Origin: a virus
Reading direction: 5' to 3' (one strand)
IMG/VR virus record: IMGVR_UViG_3300031746_002125
Location: 8,450-72,449 of that record
Length of the DNA: 64,000 nucleotides
The notes beneath the pieces are model-generated. The model saw only the letters and a program-made list of their open reading frames with translations, made no database searches and had not been told where the DNA came from. Below are positions 50,958 to 61,046 of the stretch, piece by piece (position 1 is the stretch's first letter; each line of letters starts with the position of its first letter). Both the position numbers and the translations under genes were made by a program.

Positions 50958-51488
50958 TTGTCGAAAGGTAAAAAAATGGAAATCGTAGTTTCTTCTCGCC
51001 AAGCCGTCTGCGGAGTAATACAAAAAATCCAAAAAGACAAGCCAGACATCAAAGTGATTTGTGTGTCGATAACCGATCCGAAGTCAGAACCAGTTAATCT
51101 TCCTTTATTGGATCTCGACATACTCCGACTTCAATTCCATGATTTGGACCAAACATACCCAATTTCTGGTCCCGCAATTGTTTTATTTAATACTGATATG
51201 GCTCACGAGATCAAGGGTTTTATGGAGGAGAGAATTGACTGGGTAGAAAATTCCAGTTTCGGGGTTGATGATTTAATTATTGTAGTACATTGTGAAGCTG
51301 GAATTTCTAGAAGCGCGGGTGTCGCGGGAGCTTTGGCAAAACATTTCTTTGGGAATGACGATATTTTCTTCAGAAGTCCATATTTACCCAATAGATTGAC
51401 GTATAGTATATTATTAAATCTTTTGAGTGGAAAGGAAAATCAAATTCCAAATGTAATTATATGCAATGAGGATTCTAATGTTTTTTAA
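50958..51488 (+). CDS. Protein tyrosine/dual-specificity phosphatase-like
   Basis: VHCEAGISRS (HCxxGxxR); LQFHD. Confidence 0.85.
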   Translation: MSKGKKMEIVVSSRQAVCGVIQKIQKDKPDIKVICVSITDPKSEPVNLPLLDLDILRLQFHDLDQTYPISGPAIVLFNTDMAHEIKGFMEERIDWVENSSFGVDDLIIVVHCEAGISRSAGVAGALAKHFFGNDDIFFRSPYLPNRLTYSILLNLLSGKENQIPNVIICNEDSNVF

Positions 51489-52128
51489 TAAAGAGATTTG
51501 GAAGTATATTCCTGGATACAGAGAATTACACCAAGCCTCTAATTTTGGTCGAATAAAATCTTTTAGAACAAAATTCAATAATAAACAAATGTTAATAACA
51601 GTATCACTAATTGATCAAAACTTTTCAACTTCAGAAATAGCCAAGGTAACTGGCATTAGTAAAACTCACATATTAAGAATACGAAATAATCCCAAAGAAC
51701 ATTTAAATAATGGAAAAATTTTAAAAGCAACTTTAGGATCGCATGGTTATTTGTATGTTACGTTGCGTAGTAATAAAAAATATTTGGTCCATAGATTAGT
51801 GTTAGAAACTTTTGTTGGTCCATGTCCTGCGGAAATGGAATGTAGGCACTTGAACGGTATCAAAACTGATAATAGGCTAGATAATTTATGTTGGGGAACA
51901 CGTTCAGAGAATATGCAAGATAAAAATAGGCACGGTACAAACATCTCTGGAGACCATAAAGGAATTAAAAATGGAATGTCTAAATTAAACGAAGAAAAAG
52001 TTAAAAAAATCAAGAAATTATTAAAAGAAGATAAATTAACACAAAAAGAAATTGCAAAATTATTTAATGTGAGTGCATGTACAATATCCGCTATTAAAAA
52101 TGGTAGAGTTTGGAAATATGTGGATTGA
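51466..52128 (+). CDS. NUMOD4-HNH endonuclease with internal HTH insertion
   Basis: EIWKYIPGY; ECRHLNGIKTDNRLDNL; paralog of 31795..32433. Confidence 0.88.
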   Translation: MRILMFFNKEIWKYIPGYRELHQASNFGRIKSFRTKFNNKQMLITVSLIDQNFSTSEIAKVTGISKTHILRIRNNPKEHLNNGKILKATLGSHGYLYVTLRSNKKYLVHRLVLETFVGPCPAEMECRHLNGIKTDNRLDNLCWGTRSENMQDKNRHGTNISGDHKGIKNGMSKLNEEKVKKIKKLLKEDKLTQKEIAKLFNVSACTISAIKNGRVWKYVD

Positions 52129-53005
52129 TAATAATTTTGTAAATGCAATAATCCATAAGGGGAAAAGGAGTTCGATGTTTATGTCCCAGAATAAACCAGT
52201 TCTTGTAGATCATAAAGAACACGGTAAGGGGCTCGTGATAACCACAAATCAAGCGGAAGACAAAAGCACAAGAATATTTATTGTGTGGCAAGATGTGGAA
52301 CAGTCATCCGCTTTGTGTGGGTGGTATATCTTTAATGAAACAGATTTCATAAAGGATTAAAAATGTATTTCTTAATTTGGATTTTTGAAACTTGTGAACC
52401 GGGTCGATGTTATGGGCCGATGGAGTTAATGGAATGCGATAATAAACTTCGTCAATATGCTCAAGAAGAAATTAAAAATGGAAATCTATTGGATGAATAC
52501 GCAGAAGAATATCGGTATATCAATTCTAACAATGGAGAAGGATGGTACATCATTAAATCAGAGGAGATATAATATGAATTCTGGTGAAATAGCAAAAAGA
52601 AACGCATACAGAGAAGGAGATACCATTGCCATTTATGGAAATGCGTATCGTATAACCAAAATTTTTGAAACAGAAGTTTTTGGAATCCAAGTAGTTGAAA
52701 ATGGTGGGTGTGTGTTAAGTAGTACGAATTATTTGTTAGATTTAAGGTTAGATGGGTGGAGGCTTGTTATATCATGAAAATAGAAATGCCCAATACTGCA
52801 AAAAAAGTTCCCGTAGATTCAATTATGATTGGACAGTGTTTTCTTCATGGCGACGAAGTTTATATGAGAACTGATGGATCGTTCTCTGGCGGTGATGGTT
52901 GTTATTCTATTAGAATAGTTAGACTTTTAGACGGAGCAGAAGATGGCCTGCAAGCAGATGCCCAAGTAGTGCCAATAAAAATGAAATGCGTAAAAGATTG
53001 TTAAT

Positions 53006-53073
53006 TAGCTTAGTCTGGTTAAAGCGCGATTCTTATAAAATCGAGACCAATGGTTCAAATCCATTACGGCCTA
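53006..53073 (+). pseudogene. tRNA-Ile(TAT) remnant lacking the 5' acceptor strand
   Basis: D arm GCTT/AAGC, CGATT-CTTATAA-AATCG, AATGG-TTCAAAT-CCATT, 3' ACGGCCT without an upstream complement. Confidence 0.65.
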
Positions 53074-53977
53074 TTTTAATAACTCATCTTCTATTTCCAT
53101 ATGACAATTAGAACAAAGTAAATCACACTAAAAAGGAGATATTTCATGTTTGAAGTCTACGACAACGGAAAATTGGCTAGTCATTTGTACCAGGACGTTG
53201 ATAACAGTTGGGAGCATCCTGAATGTGAAACCTTTGAAGAAGCCCAAAGATATTGTAAAGAATGGTTGGGAAACTATTCTTCATTGTGTCCAACCGAACC
53301 CAACAAAGTAGTTGACTATTCGGGATGTGGAGATACAATAGAAATAAGGAAAATAAAATGATAGATGAACAATTGGAAGTTGGTACATTAGTTAAAACAA
53401 TGTCAACGGATGGTAAAATATGTTTGTATGGTAGAATTAAAGAAATAAAAGAAGATTTCTATTATATCAGAGTTAATCCTGAGTACCACTATCATGCCGA
53501 AGTTATTGTAAGATATGTAAATGAAATAATCTTTTGTCGTGGACCTAATTATCTTCTTTGAACAAAAAGGATTTCCGGGAATACGAGAATATAAAATGAT
53601 CCTACCAACATATGCAAATAAAGACCACCCGGTTTTTATGACAAAGACGGCGAGGCGGCTTTTGTAGGTGTGGAAGATGAATCAGGATTTTATGTTTATT
53701 CTCTGTCTGGAAAGTTGCTGGCAAGTAATCCGTCGAGAGAAGTCTTCGAGAAAATCGTTGACATTTACATATAGGAAAATAAAATGATAGCATTTACATT
53801 AACCAAAGAAAGTCTTATTTTACACGAGGACAATCGTTACATTCCCGGTCTACGAAGATTCGTGGAAGATGTAATAGGTCTTAGGGCACCGGGTCCAGTC
53901 TTTAATCATTTTTTTATAAACACAAAAGAAGATTATCTTCGCATCAAAGCGTGGTTAGTAGCAATGGGGGAAATAAA

Positions 53978-54574
53978 ATGATCTTCGTAGGAGATGTTCA
54001 CGGGAGGTCGGATGAATATCTTAAAATAATAGCTCGACACAAAAGTTCGGTACAAGTCGGCGACATGGGGTTTTCGTATAATCATTTTAGAGACCTTGAT
54101 CCAATTGGGAAAAATCATGTATTTATAGGTGGTAATCACGACAATTATGATATGATTGATTCTTGCCCCAATTATCTTGGGAGATTTGGCCAAGGATATA
54201 ACAAGGAGATAGGCGGATTTTTCTATGTGTCTGGGGCTTATAGTATAGATCAGCATCTAAGAACAGAAGGAAGATCATGGTGGAGGAATGAAGAACTTTC
54301 ATATGATGAATCCTCTCGTTGCCTTAGCAAATACATTGCCCACCAACCAGATGTAGTTGTATCACATGATTGTCCTGGCATAGTAGCCTCATCAATGTTT
54401 GGTAAAACCGATAGAACTAGAACCAGACAATTATTAAGCGAGATGTTTGCTATATGGAAGCCAAGATACCATTTCTTCGGTCATTGGCACGAATCAAAAA
54501 GAATGGAAATCAATGGTACTAAATTTATTTGTCTGGCAGAGTTAGAAACATTTGATTCAAAGGAACTAAAATGA
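53978..54574 (+). CDS. Calcineurin-like metallophosphoesterase
   Basis: GDVHG, QVGDMG, GNHD, SHD, FGHWH. Confidence 0.88.
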   Translation: MIFVGDVHGRSDEYLKIIARHKSSVQVGDMGFSYNHFRDLDPIGKNHVFIGGNHDNYDMIDSCPNYLGRFGQGYNKEIGGFFYVSGAYSIDQHLRTEGRSWWRNEELSYDESSRCLSKYIAHQPDVVVSHDCPGIVASSMFGKTDRTRTRQLLSEMFAIWKPRYHFFGHWHESKRMEINGTKFICLAELETFDSKELK

Positions 54575-55758
54575 AATACAGAGAAGCCTTAGAAATGATG
54601 AAAACATTCACAGAAGAACAATTAGATTGTGACGTAACAATAGAACTTGAATATGCCGATGAGTGCCTATCTGCTGAACTACGTATCTGTGGCGAAAATC
54701 ACACGATGTTGGATGAAGGTCATCCCGTAATTTTTACGGTTCATGCCTAAGAAGGAGAAAGACAATGTTAATAAAACAAGATTTGTTGGAAGTAAGGGAA
54801 CAGATTCAAGAAGATTTGGATTGTATTCTCGGAAACTACGGATCAAAAAGATATAACGATCTTTTAACAGATATGGATCAAGCCGTCGTAGATAGATTTG
54901 AAGTATTGTTTTCTAAATTGATAGACGCTACGGTTGATGTTGAGGAATAAAAATGGAAATGACATATCTCCAAAAACAAATTCTATCAGCGGTTGGTTTA
55001 TTGACCGCTATTGGAATTCCTGCAACCCAAGAGATGATAGAAAGAGTAATAAAAACTGCGGGAGAGGCTTTGGAAGATGAACTATTGTGTGAATGGGTTA
55101 TTAAATATGCGCCGATCGTTTCCCCAGAGGAAAAATAAAAATGAAAAATTCAAATGTAGTCGAAATAGCCTTTGCTTTGTGCGCTTGTTTTATATTTGTT
55201 GTAATAGGATACTTTTTAAGCAATTTTGTACTCATTAAATTATGGGCTTGGTTCGTAGTTCCCGTATTCGCTGTTACACAAATATCTATGGTTCAAAGTA
55301 TGGGACTAACTTTGATAATTGGATATGTACTAAGATCAAGTTTGATGGTAGATGGAAAGAAAAAACTCAAGAAAGAATTCGAAGATAAAAGCCCGTTTGA
55401 AATATCGGGTATTCTATTTGGATATGCTATTCTTGCCCCTTTATTTGTGTGGTTTATGGGTTATGTCATAACTCTGTTTTTATAAAGGAGAATAAAATGA
55501 AGTTCGAAACTGTAAATCAAGATCAGGTAATGTTTGTGTCACGCAAAGGTAGGTCGTCCAAATACGATGAACTTTTCCTTTCTTTGAAGGCTTTAGGGAC
55601 GGGAAAATGTGTCGTGATCAAAGTTGATGAAGGGAAATCTGCTGAAAAATTGCGAGCAAATTTATATCAATCATTACGTAACCATAGATTAAGTAATTTT
55701 AATCTTAATATTTTAAGCGACCAGACAGGTATTGCTATAAATAAAAAAGAGACAAAGG

Positions 55759-56430
55759 GTGAATAAATTAATTGATTTAACGGGACAAAAATTTAATAGA
55801 TTAACCGTTATTAAATATTCCGGTAAAACAAAAAGGGGGATTTCCAAATGGTTGTGTTTGTGTGATTGTAATAATAAAGTAATTGTAAACAGCGATAGTC
55901 TTAAAAGCGGACATACCAAAAGTTGTGGGTGCTTTAACATAGAAAAAATAAAATTGAGATCTATAACACATGGCCACTGTAAAAATTATAAAGAATCAAA
56001 AACCTATAGAGCGTGGCAACATATGTTAGATAGATGCAATAACACCAAAAATCCAAATTATAAAGATTATGGGGGTCGAGGAATTACCGTCTGTAAAAGA
56101 TGGGATATAAATAAAGGTGGATCTTTCGAAAATTTCTTAAAAGACATGGGAGAACCACCGACAAAGAAACACCAATTAGATAGAATGAATAATAATAAAT
56201 TAAAAAATGGATATTCCCCCAAAAATTGTTGGTGGACAACCTATAAAAAGCAACAAAGAAACAAAAGAAGTAATAAATTATATTATCGTGATGGCAAATT
56301 ACAGTGTGTATCAGAATTGGCAGAAAAATATAAAATAAATAAAGGAACTTTGCACGGAAGATTAAAAAGAGGGTACTCTATAGAAGAGGCATTAACAATT
56401 CCGGTAAAAAAATATAAAAAGAAAGGGTGA
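55759..56430 (+). CDS. HNH homing endonuclease
   Basis: DLTGQKFNRL..CLCDC; YGGRGITVC; LDRMNN. Confidence 0.85.
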   Translation: MNKLIDLTGQKFNRLTVIKYSGKTKRGISKWLCLCDCNNKVIVNSDSLKSGHTKSCGCFNIEKIKLRSITHGHCKNYKESKTYRAWQHMLDRCNNTKNPNYKDYGGRGITVCKRWDINKGGSFENFLKDMGEPPTKKHQLDRMNNNKLKNGYSPKNCWWTTYKKQQRNKRSNKLYYRDGKLQCVSELAEKYKINKGTLHGRLKRGYSIEEALTIPVKKYKKKG

Positions 56431-56431
56431 T

Positions 56432-57019
56432 ATGAAACCTATTAAAATTTATCATTTTCTAGATAATTGTTCGTTAGAAATTTATCAAGACGAAAATCCA
56501 GAAAATCCAAGAACGGAATATGACAATCTTGGGGTAATGGTCTGTCTCCACGGAAGACATAATCTTGGAGACAACCATGAGTATAGAAGTAAAGATTTTA
56601 ATGGATGGGATGAATTAGAGGAACAAATCAAATACAATAACCCAGACTGTGTAATCATGCCACTTTATTTATACGACCATTCTGGCATTACAATTTCTAC
56701 TGGTTCATTCAATGATCGTTGGGACTCCGGCCAAATCGGTTTCATCTTTATAACAAAAGAAAGAATAGATAGAGAATTAAAGGGGAATATTGAACGAGCA
56801 AAAGAGGTTTTATTCGCCGAAGTTAAAACCTATGACCAGTATTTGCGAGGAGATATTTATAGATTTATTTTACGGGATAAGCCGTGTGAAAAATGCGGTG
56901 GTCCTGGCGAAATATTGGATAGTTGCTGCGAATTTTATGGAGACAATCCTGTGAACAACGGGGTATCGGATAATTTAAAAGAAGAATACAAAAGAGAACT
57001 ACTATTATCGGAGAAATAG
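56432..57019 (+). CDS. Conserved phage/MGE protein
   Basis: PLYLYDHSGITIS..WDSGQIG..YDQYLRG motif. Confidence 0.6.
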   Translation: MKPIKIYHFLDNCSLEIYQDENPENPRTEYDNLGVMVCLHGRHNLGDNHEYRSKDFNGWDELEEQIKYNNPDCVIMPLYLYDHSGITISTGSFNDRWDSGQIGFIFITKERIDRELKGNIERAKEVLFAEVKTYDQYLRGDIYRFILRDKPCEKCGGPGEILDSCCEFYGDNPVNNGVSDNLKEEYKRELLLSEK

Positions 57020-57021
57020 AT

Positions 57022-57513
57022 GTGGAGACGTACACGACCGATTATCTTGTTGTCGGCAAACGTGAAAGAAATCAACTTTTAAAAAAATGTGTAAGTCTTA
57101 TAAAAGAATTTGAATTTTTTGATACAATCGCATTTTCAGGAAATAGTGGGTCGCTAATGTCGTTCCCATTGGCTCATCGTCTTAATAAAGAGATTATAGT
57201 TGTAAGAAAACCAAGAGAAGTAGAATCCGCACATAGTTTTTCGAAAATAGAGGGGGTTGTTCCTTTTAAGAAAAGAATTGTTATTGTAGACGATTTTGTT
57301 TCTATGGGAAAAACAATAAGATACATTGTAAATACAATTAAAGAAGAAGATAAAAAAAATAAACTTGATGGGGAAATCTCCGAGAGTGGTATTGTAACGT
57401 GTCAATTTGTTGGAATTTTATTGTACAACCAAGAATTTTCTTGTACATCGGATTGTATTAATGACTTAGATATAGATATAGTAAACTTTAAAATTCCGGG
57501 AACACCATGTTAA
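57022..57513 (+). CDS. Type I phosphoribosyltransferase
   Basis: IVVRK and IVIVDDFVSMGKT PRPP-binding loop. Confidence 0.8.
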   Translation: METYTTDYLVVGKRERNQLLKKCVSLIKEFEFFDTIAFSGNSGSLMSFPLAHRLNKEIIVVRKPREVESAHSFSKIEGVVPFKKRIVIVDDFVSMGKTIRYIVNTIKEEDKKNKLDGEISESGIVTCQFVGILLYNQEFSCTSDCINDLDIDIVNFKIPGTPC

Positions 57514-57522
57514 GGATTAAAA

Positions 57523-57885
57523 ATGATAGTCTGTGATAGGCATATAGAACTAGCTACAAAAATTGCTAAGGGGGGGGACGTTATTAAATCTCGCATGAGT
57601 TGCCTAGCCCTTTCTAGAAGCGGCGATATTATTTGTAGCTCTAGTAACAGACTTCTTCAAGGAAATCGTGTTCGTTGGTCAGAACATGCCGAAGAAGCAA
57701 TTATTAGAAAGCTACGAAAAGTTGGTGCATTTTCTCGTTACAAAGATATCACGCTTTTTGTTTTTAGAATTTCATCCAACGGGATAAGTTTAGCCAAACC
57801 GTGTCTCAAGTGTCAAAAATTACTGGCCAGATATCCTGTCAAAGTTTTTTACACAACAAACAGGGGAAAAATAGAGAGATTATAA
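57523..57885 (+). CDS. Zn-dependent cytidine/dCMP deaminase-like protein
   Basis: HAEE and KPCLKC. Confidence 0.8.
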   Translation: MIVCDRHIELATKIAKGGDVIKSRMSCLALSRSGDIICSSSNRLLQGNRVRWSEHAEEAIIRKLRKVGAFSRYKDITLFVFRISSNGISLAKPCLKCQKLLARYPVKVFYTTNRGKIERL

Positions 57886-58452
57886 ATGGATTCTGAAATG
57901 TGGAAAGATGTTGCGGAATATGAATGGTTATATCAAATCTCTAATCTTAGTAGAGTTAGAAGAATGGCGGGTTCCGCAAAATGTTATGAAAATAGAATTT
58001 TAAAACAAAATGTAGGTAGTCATGGATATTTGGTAGTTGATTTGTATAAAAACAATAAGAGAAAAACATTTACAATTCACAAATTAATATTAGAAGCATT
58101 TGTTGGCCCCTGTCCTTCTGGAATGGAGTGTAGACATTTAGACGGGAATCCCGCAAACAATAAAATAGAAAATTTGAAATGGGGAACTCGATCCGAAAAC
58201 GTTAGAGATGCAATGAAACACAAAACAAGTAAAATCCCACACAACAAGGGGTCTGACCATGGAATGGCCAAATTAAATGAATGGAAAGTTCGTATTATAA
58301 AAAGATTATTAGAAGATGGTTGTTTAACTCAAAAAGAAGTTTCGGAAATATTTGAAGTTAATGAGCCTGCAATAAGTAAAATTCAAACACATAGAACATG
58401 GAAACATATCAAACAAGAAAATGGAAAAATAGAATGTCTGAAAAAGAGTTAG
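57886..58452 (+). CDS. NUMOD4-HNH endonuclease
   Basis: MWKDVAEYEWLYQISN; ECRHLDGNPANN. Confidence 0.9.
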   Translation: MDSEMWKDVAEYEWLYQISNLSRVRRMAGSAKCYENRILKQNVGSHGYLVVDLYKNNKRKTFTIHKLILEAFVGPCPSGMECRHLDGNPANNKIENLKWGTRSENVRDAMKHKTSKIPHNKGSDHGMAKLNEWKVRIIKRLLEDGCLTQKEVSEIFEVNEPAISKIQTHRTWKHIKQENGKIECLKKS

Positions 58453-58817
58453 AGAGATTTGACCAAGAGGAAACAAACTTCGAGAAATTTATAAAACGCA
58501 AAAAGTATATTGACAAGGAAAGAAAAAAGAGTTTAAGAGACTATAGAGGAAAAGAAAATAAAAGATTCTTCAAAAAGGAAAAAAGAAATGATATCAAAAA
58601 ATGATTACATAAAAATTTGGCCCACGGAAGAAATGATGGGCGTAACCTTTGATATGGTTAAAAAGGCTCACACAAAAGAAGAATATGACAATTTTTGTAA
58701 ATGGATGAACGGTCAAACTTGTGGGCGAATGGATGATGGAGCTTCTGCCGTTTATTCTCACGATTATTGTCGCTGGTTGAGGCAGGGCAAAATGAAGGAA
58801 CAAGGGATTGACTGGGA

Positions 58818-59051
58818 TTGAAAATAAATAAAATGAGTAAAATAATTGATCTAATAGGAAAAAGATTTGAAAGGCTTGTTATTATTAAACAAGTAGAAAA
58901 TGGTAGATATAGGGGTCGTCGATGGCTATGTCTGTGCGACTGTGGCAAAAAAATAATTGTTAGTACCAGCGCATTAAATAGCGGCAACACCAAAAGTTGT
59001 GGATGTTTGCGAATAAAACATGGCTACGGAAATACTCCGACTTATAAATGA
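58818..59051 (+). pseudogene. Truncated homing endonuclease (N-terminal domain only)
   Basis: DLIGKRFERL..WLCLCDCG..KSCGC..PTYK then stop; no HNH domain follows. Confidence 0.65.
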
Positions 59052-59101
59052 CAAATGTTGTTTAGTCGAAGTTGAAATAAAACAAACAGGAGAATCTAAA
59101 A

Positions 59102-59629
59102 ATTAAAACCGATGTTTTAAAAGAAGTTTGGAAAGATATTGTAGGTTACAAAGGATTTTATCAAGTTTCCAATTTTGGTAATATAAAAAGAATAAAAAAA
59201 TCTAATAATACTTTTATAGGCAAAGTTCTTAGGCCAATTAAACAAACAAGTGGTCATTTACGAGTTGATTTATGTAAAGATGGTAAATATAAACATTTTC
59301 TTGTCCATAGATTAGTTTTAGGAACATTTGTTAGATCTTGTCCACCTGGAATGGAATGCAGACATTTGGACGGCAACCCAGAGAATAATAGGGTAGATAA
59401 TTTATGTTGGGGAACTAGGTCTGAAAATGCACAAGATTCTATGAAACACGGAACTTTTGTAAACAATAATGGATCGAGAAGTTATGCGGCAAAAGTAAGC
59501 GATAAACAAATTGTACAAATTAGAAAGTTAACAGAAGAAAGAAAATTAACCCAAAGAGAAATTGGTGAATTATTTAATCTTAATCAATCAGAAATATCTC
59601 GTATCAAAACGAAGAAACGCTGGAAATAA
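59102..59629 (+). CDS. NUMOD4-HNH endonuclease without a canonical start
   Basis: Frame open from 59081 through KEVWKDIVGYKGFYQVSN into the listed ORF; AGGAG at 59088 followed by ATT at 59102. Confidence 0.7.
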   Translation: MKTDVLKEVWKDIVGYKGFYQVSNFGNIKRIKKSNNTFIGKVLRPIKQTSGHLRVDLCKDGKYKHFLVHRLVLGTFVRSCPPGMECRHLDGNPENNRVDNLCWGTRSENAQDSMKHGTFVNNNGSRSYAAKVSDKQIVQIRKLTEERKLTQREIGELFNLNQSEISRIKTKKRWK

Positions 59630-60499
59630 TAGTGTGTAGTTTTAAAAGGAATAATTTTATGGGATCAGAATTAGGCGAATCTAGTAATTTTCAAACAAAT
59701 CTTTTGGGGAAAAGGTGTGGTCAAGGAGAATATGAAATAGTCGGAATTTTCCATAAAAAACTTTTGGGACAATGGGATTGGAAAGTTTTACTTTTAAATT
59801 TATCTAACGGAAAAATTGCAGAAAAATTTTTAGCGAATGAATGTCCGGAAATTGATAGATAAAATATTATTCAAGATTTGGGTATAATAATGTGGATAAG
59901 GAAGGTATAGTGGAAAAGTTAAATGGATTCAATAAAAATAGAAAAAACTCGATTTTTTAAAAGTATTCGAAAGACTTTAACAGGAGGCGAAGACGGATTA
60001 GATATATATAAAATTATTTCTTTGCTTTCGTTTGAAGAATTGTGTCGTAGAATTTCTTATAGTAAAGAAAATTTTTTTATGTGCTGTCTTTGTGGCGCAA
60101 TATTTCCCACAGATATTACTTTAGACAAAAATGCTATAAAATGCTCTTGGTGCGATTTCATTGAATCGTCGCCTTTTAGAAAAGATAGTACATTTGACGA
60201 AAAATTAATGTATTGTCTTGTTCTTTGCAAAGGTTTTCGAACTTTTAAAGACGTTATAGAAAAAATTAGATTCGCTTTTGGAGAAAATAAATGTTAAATA
60301 AAGATATATTAGAAATACATAAACAACTTCAGGAAGACTGTCCAGATTTTTATGCTCTTCAGGGTTTGTCGCCCAATTTGGCTACGCAAATAGCATATTG
60401 GATAAAAGAAGATAGAATACATACAATAAGAAGGACAATAAAAAACATAAAAAGAGTTTATAAAAGACGAGAAAATTTAAATAAAATTAGAGGAAAATA

Positions 60500-61033
60500 A
60501 TGAAAGAAATTTGGAAAGATATACCTGATTATAACGGAATATATCAATGTTCTAATTTAGGAAAAATCAAAAAAATTTGTAGGGCTAAAGGAAATCAAAT
60601 TGGAAAAATTCTTGGGCCAATTAAACAAACAAGCGGTCATTTGTCTGTCGGTTTATCTAAAGACGGCGTTGATAAAAAATTTGGTATACACAGACTTGTT
60701 TTATTTACATTTATAGGTCCGTGTCCACCTGGGATGGAGTGTCGGCATCTTGACGGAAATCCCACCAACAACAATTTAAATAATCTAAAATGGGGAACTA
60801 GAAGTGAAAATATGCAAGATTCTATTAGGCACGGTACGTTCAAACACAATCCGCCAGACAATAGTGGATCTAATTGTGGGGCATCCAAACTTATAGATAA
60901 AGAAGTTGTTGAAATAAAATTTTTGATAAAGAAAGGAAAGTTAAACGATAGAAAGATAGGGGAAATATTTGGAGTTCACAGAAGAACAATTACGGATATA
61001 AGATTAGGTAAAACTTGGAAATATGTTAATTAA
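60500..61033 (+). CDS. NUMOD4-HNH endonuclease
   Basis: EIWKDIPDYNGIYQCSN; ECRHLDGNPTNNN. Confidence 0.9.
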   Translation: MKEIWKDIPDYNGIYQCSNLGKIKKICRAKGNQIGKILGPIKQTSGHLSVGLSKDGVDKKFGIHRLVLFTFIGPCPPGMECRHLDGNPTNNNLNNLKWGTRSENMQDSIRHGTFKHNPPDNSGSNCGASKLIDKEVVEIKFLIKKGKLNDRKIGEIFGVHRRTITDIRLGKTWKYVN

Positions 61034-61046
61034 AAGGAAAAATCGA

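Larger units (their letters stand above)
47689..60500 (+). other. Plus-strand array of many small hypothetical phage genes
   Basis: Abutting ORFs, many with AGGAG RBS, e.g. 47970..48161, 48338..48574, 49791..50072, 50504..50737, 50738..50971, 53146..53361, 55141..55485, 59923..60297. Confidence 0.65.
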
